From Eledone cirrhosa (Eukaryota), in NCBI GenBank assembly GCA_964016885.1, contig OZ024741.1, positions 31,992,001 to 32,056,000 on the forward strand: 64,000 nucleotides of DNA, in the 5' to 3' direction. The notes beneath the pieces were generated by a model. The model did no database searches and was not told where the DNA came from. It worked only from the letters and a program-made list of their open reading frames with translations. A program made the translations under genes and the position numbers. Within the stretch, counting starts at the first letter, position 1, and each line of letters opens with the position of its first letter. Shown piece after piece: positions 61,701-64,000 of the stretch.

Positions 61701-64000
61701 ACCTCACTCTGACACCAACACCAGTATCGTCAAGATACCTCACTCTGACAACATCACCAGTATCGTCAAGATACCTCACTATGACACCAACACCAGTATC
61801 GTCAAGATACCTCACTCTGACACCAACACCAGTATCGTCAGGACACCTCACTCTGACACCAACACCAGTATCGTCAAGATACCTCACTCTGACACCAACA
61901 CCAGTATCGTCAAGATACCTCACTCTGACACCAACACCAGTATCGTCAAGATACCTCACTCTGACACCAACACCAGTATCGTCAAGACACCTCACTCTGA
62001 CACCAACACCAGTATCGTCAAGATACCTCACCCTGACACCAACACCAGTATCGTCAAGATACCTCACTCTGACACTAACACCAATATCGTCAAGATACCT
62101 CACTCTGACACCAACACCAGTATCGTCAAGATACCTCACTCTGACAACGTCACCAGTATCGTCAAGATACCTCACCCTGACAACAACACCAGTATCGTGA
62201 GGACACCTCACTCTGACACCAACACCAGTATCGTCAAGATACCTCACTCTGACACCAACTCCAGTATCGTCAAGATACCTCACTCTGACAACATCACCAG
62301 TATCGTCAAGATATCTCACTCTGACACCAACACCAGTATCGTCAAGATACCTCACCCTGACACCAACACCAGTATCGTCAAGATACCTCACTCTGACACC
62401 AACACCAGTATCGTCAAGATACCTCACCCTGACAACAACACCAGTATCGTGAGGACACCTCACTCTGACACCAACACCAGTATCGTCAAGATACCTCACT
62501 CTGACACCAACTCCAGTATCGTCAAGATACCTCACTCTGACAACATCACCAGTATCGTCAAGATATCTCACTCTGACACCAACACCAGTATCGTCAAGAT
62601 ACCTCACTCTGACACCATCACCAGTATCGTCAAGATACCTCACTCTGACAACATCACCAGTATCGTCAAGATATCTCACTCTGACACCAACACCAGTATC
62701 GTCAAGATACCTCACTCTGACACCAACACCAGTATCGTCAAGATACCTCACTCTGACAACATCACCAGTATCGTCAAGATACCTCACTCTGACACCAACA
62801 CCAGTATCGTCAAGATACCTCACTCTGACACCAACACCAGTATCGTTAAGATACCTCACTCTGACAACATCACCAGTTTCGTCAAGATACCTCACCCTGA
62901 CACCAACACCAGTATCGTCAAGATACCTCACCCTGACACCAACACCAGTATCGTCAAGATACCTCACTCTGACAACATCACCAATATCGTCAAGATACCT
63001 CACTCTGACAACATCACCAATATCATCAAGATACCTCACTCTGACACCAACACCAGTATCGTCAAGATACCTCACCCTGACACCAACACCAGTATCGTCA
63101 AGATACCTCACTCTGACAACATCACCAATATCGTCAAGATACCTCACTCTGACACCAACACCAATATCGTCAAGATACCTCACTCTGACACCAACCCCAA
63201 TATCGTCAAGATACCTCACTCTGACACCAACACCAGTATCGTCAAGACACATCACTCTGACACCAACACCAGTATCGTCAAGATACCTCACTCTGACACC
63301 AACACCAGTATCGTCAAGATACCTCACTCTGACAACATCACCAGTATCGTCAAGATACCTCACCCTGACACCAACACCAGTGTCGTCAAGACACCTCACT
63401 CTGACACCAACACCAGTATCGTCAAGATACCTCACTCTGACACCAACACCAGTATCGTCAAGATACCTCACTCTGACAACATCACCAGTATCGTCAAGAT
63501 ACCTCACCCTGACACCAACACCAGTGTCGTCAAGACACCTCACTCTGACACCAACACCAGTATTGTCAAGATAACTCACTCTGGCACCAACACCAGTATC
63601 GTCAGGACACCTCACTCTGACAACATCACCAATATCGTCAAGATACCTCACTCTGACAACATCACCAGTATCGTCAAGATACCTCACTCTGACAACATCA
63701 CCAGTATCGTCAAGATACCTCACCCTGACACCAATACCAGTATCGTCAAGATACCTCACTCTGACACCAACACCAGTATCGTCAAGATACCTCACTCTGA
63801 CACCAACACCAGTATCGTCAAGATACCTCACTCTGAGAACATCTCCAGTATCTTCAAGATACCTCACTCTGACACCAACACCAGTATCGTCAAGATACCT
63901 CACTCTGACACCAACACCAGTATCGTCAGGACACCTCACTCTGACACCAACACCAGTATCGTCAAGATACCTCACTCTGACACCAACACCAGTATCGTCA
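58780..64000. repeat. Downstream copy of the block at about 50320-55220 (offset 8,460/8,784 bp); also matches about 43800-46880 at offset 14,976 bp
   Basis: Pairs 52997/61781, 54596/63380 and 55064/63848 differ by 8784 (244 monomers). 50981/59441 differ by 8460. 44465/59441 and 46510/61486 differ by 14976 (416 monomers). Confidence 0.88.

Larger units (their letters stand above)
20458..63999 (+). other. Stop-free reading frame (+1) of about 14,500 codons, (IPHSDTNTSIVK)n, open at the window end; coding status unsupported
   Basis: The last in-frame TGA is at 20455-20457 and the first in-frame ATG is at 25552. I found no in-frame stop among the variants. Its absence from the ORF track fits a frame with no stop before the window end. 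Confidence refers to it being a real coding region. Confidence 0.12.
1..64000. repeat. 36-bp tandem repeat array (satellite/giant minisatellite), about 1,778 head-to-tail monomers, consensus CTCACTCTGACACCAACACCAGTATCGTCAAGATAC; extends beyond both window ends
   Basis: Every line reads as this monomer, typically with 0-3 substitutions. The 60-nt layout repeats every 3 lines (180 bp = 5 monomers). All translated frames have a 12-aa period. No unique sequence or orientation switch was seen. Confidence 0.99.

Noticed and set aside
22289-63574. (YLTLTPTPVSSR)n Thr/Pro/Ser-rich mucin-like ORFs
   Set aside because: This frame is repeatedly broken by independent nonsense variants (TAA, TAG, TGA at several codons), as expected for unconstrained DNA.
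38767-63975. 8,402-aa minus-strand ORF (VRVRYLDDTGVG)n and sibling minus-strand ORFs as genes
   Set aside because: The frame is stop-free in the consensus by chance. Starts are arbitrary GTG codons inside the repeat, and ends come from one recurrent TAT-to-TAG variant or from indels. There are no unique termini. Two common variants are synonymous in this frame, but my rough tally of distinct variants is spread over all three codon positions with no clear third-position excess.
1-64000. CRISPR array (36-bp repeat with internal hairpin)
   Set aside because: Monomers abut directly with no unique spacers. There is no leader and no cas gene, and variation is point substitution propagated by block duplication.
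1-64000. Telomerase-synthesised long telomeric repeat or G-quadruplex array (C/A-rich versus G/T-rich strands)
   Set aside because: The consensus G-rich strand has only GG doublets and no GGG tracts. Variants are inherited in multi-kb duplicated blocks rather than re-templated, and no chromosome end is visible. A recombination-maintained subtelomeric location is not excluded.

Overview
The whole 64-kb window is one uninterrupted head-to-tail tandem array (satellite or giant minisatellite) of a 36-bp monomer, consensus CTCACTCTGACACCAACACCAGTATCGTCAAGATAC (A12 C13 G4 T7, 47% GC). It holds about 1,778 copies and runs off both ends. I see no unique sequence, spacers, inversions, insertions, RNA genes or recognisable genes. 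The long ORFs in the track arise because the monomer is 12 codons long and is stop-free in 3 of 6 frames (+IPHSDTNTSIVK, +YLTLTPTPVSSR, -VRVRYLDDTGVG). Variant monomers show internal structure: nested block duplications of 6 to 244 monomers, three overlapping variant domains, and only two distinct indel events (one copied three times). There is also a GTATC-N5-GATAC hairpin whose variants include a compensatory GTGTC/GACAC pair and palindrome-perfecting changes. An unlisted open frame of about 14,500 codons (20458 to window end) keeps an N-glycosylation sequon in most repeat variants. Non-coding satellite DNA, probably eukaryotic (inference), is the most parsimonious reading. A giant repeat glycoprotein exon or a structured repeat RNA are testable alternatives that the sequence alone cannot establish. 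All counts and positions were read by eye.
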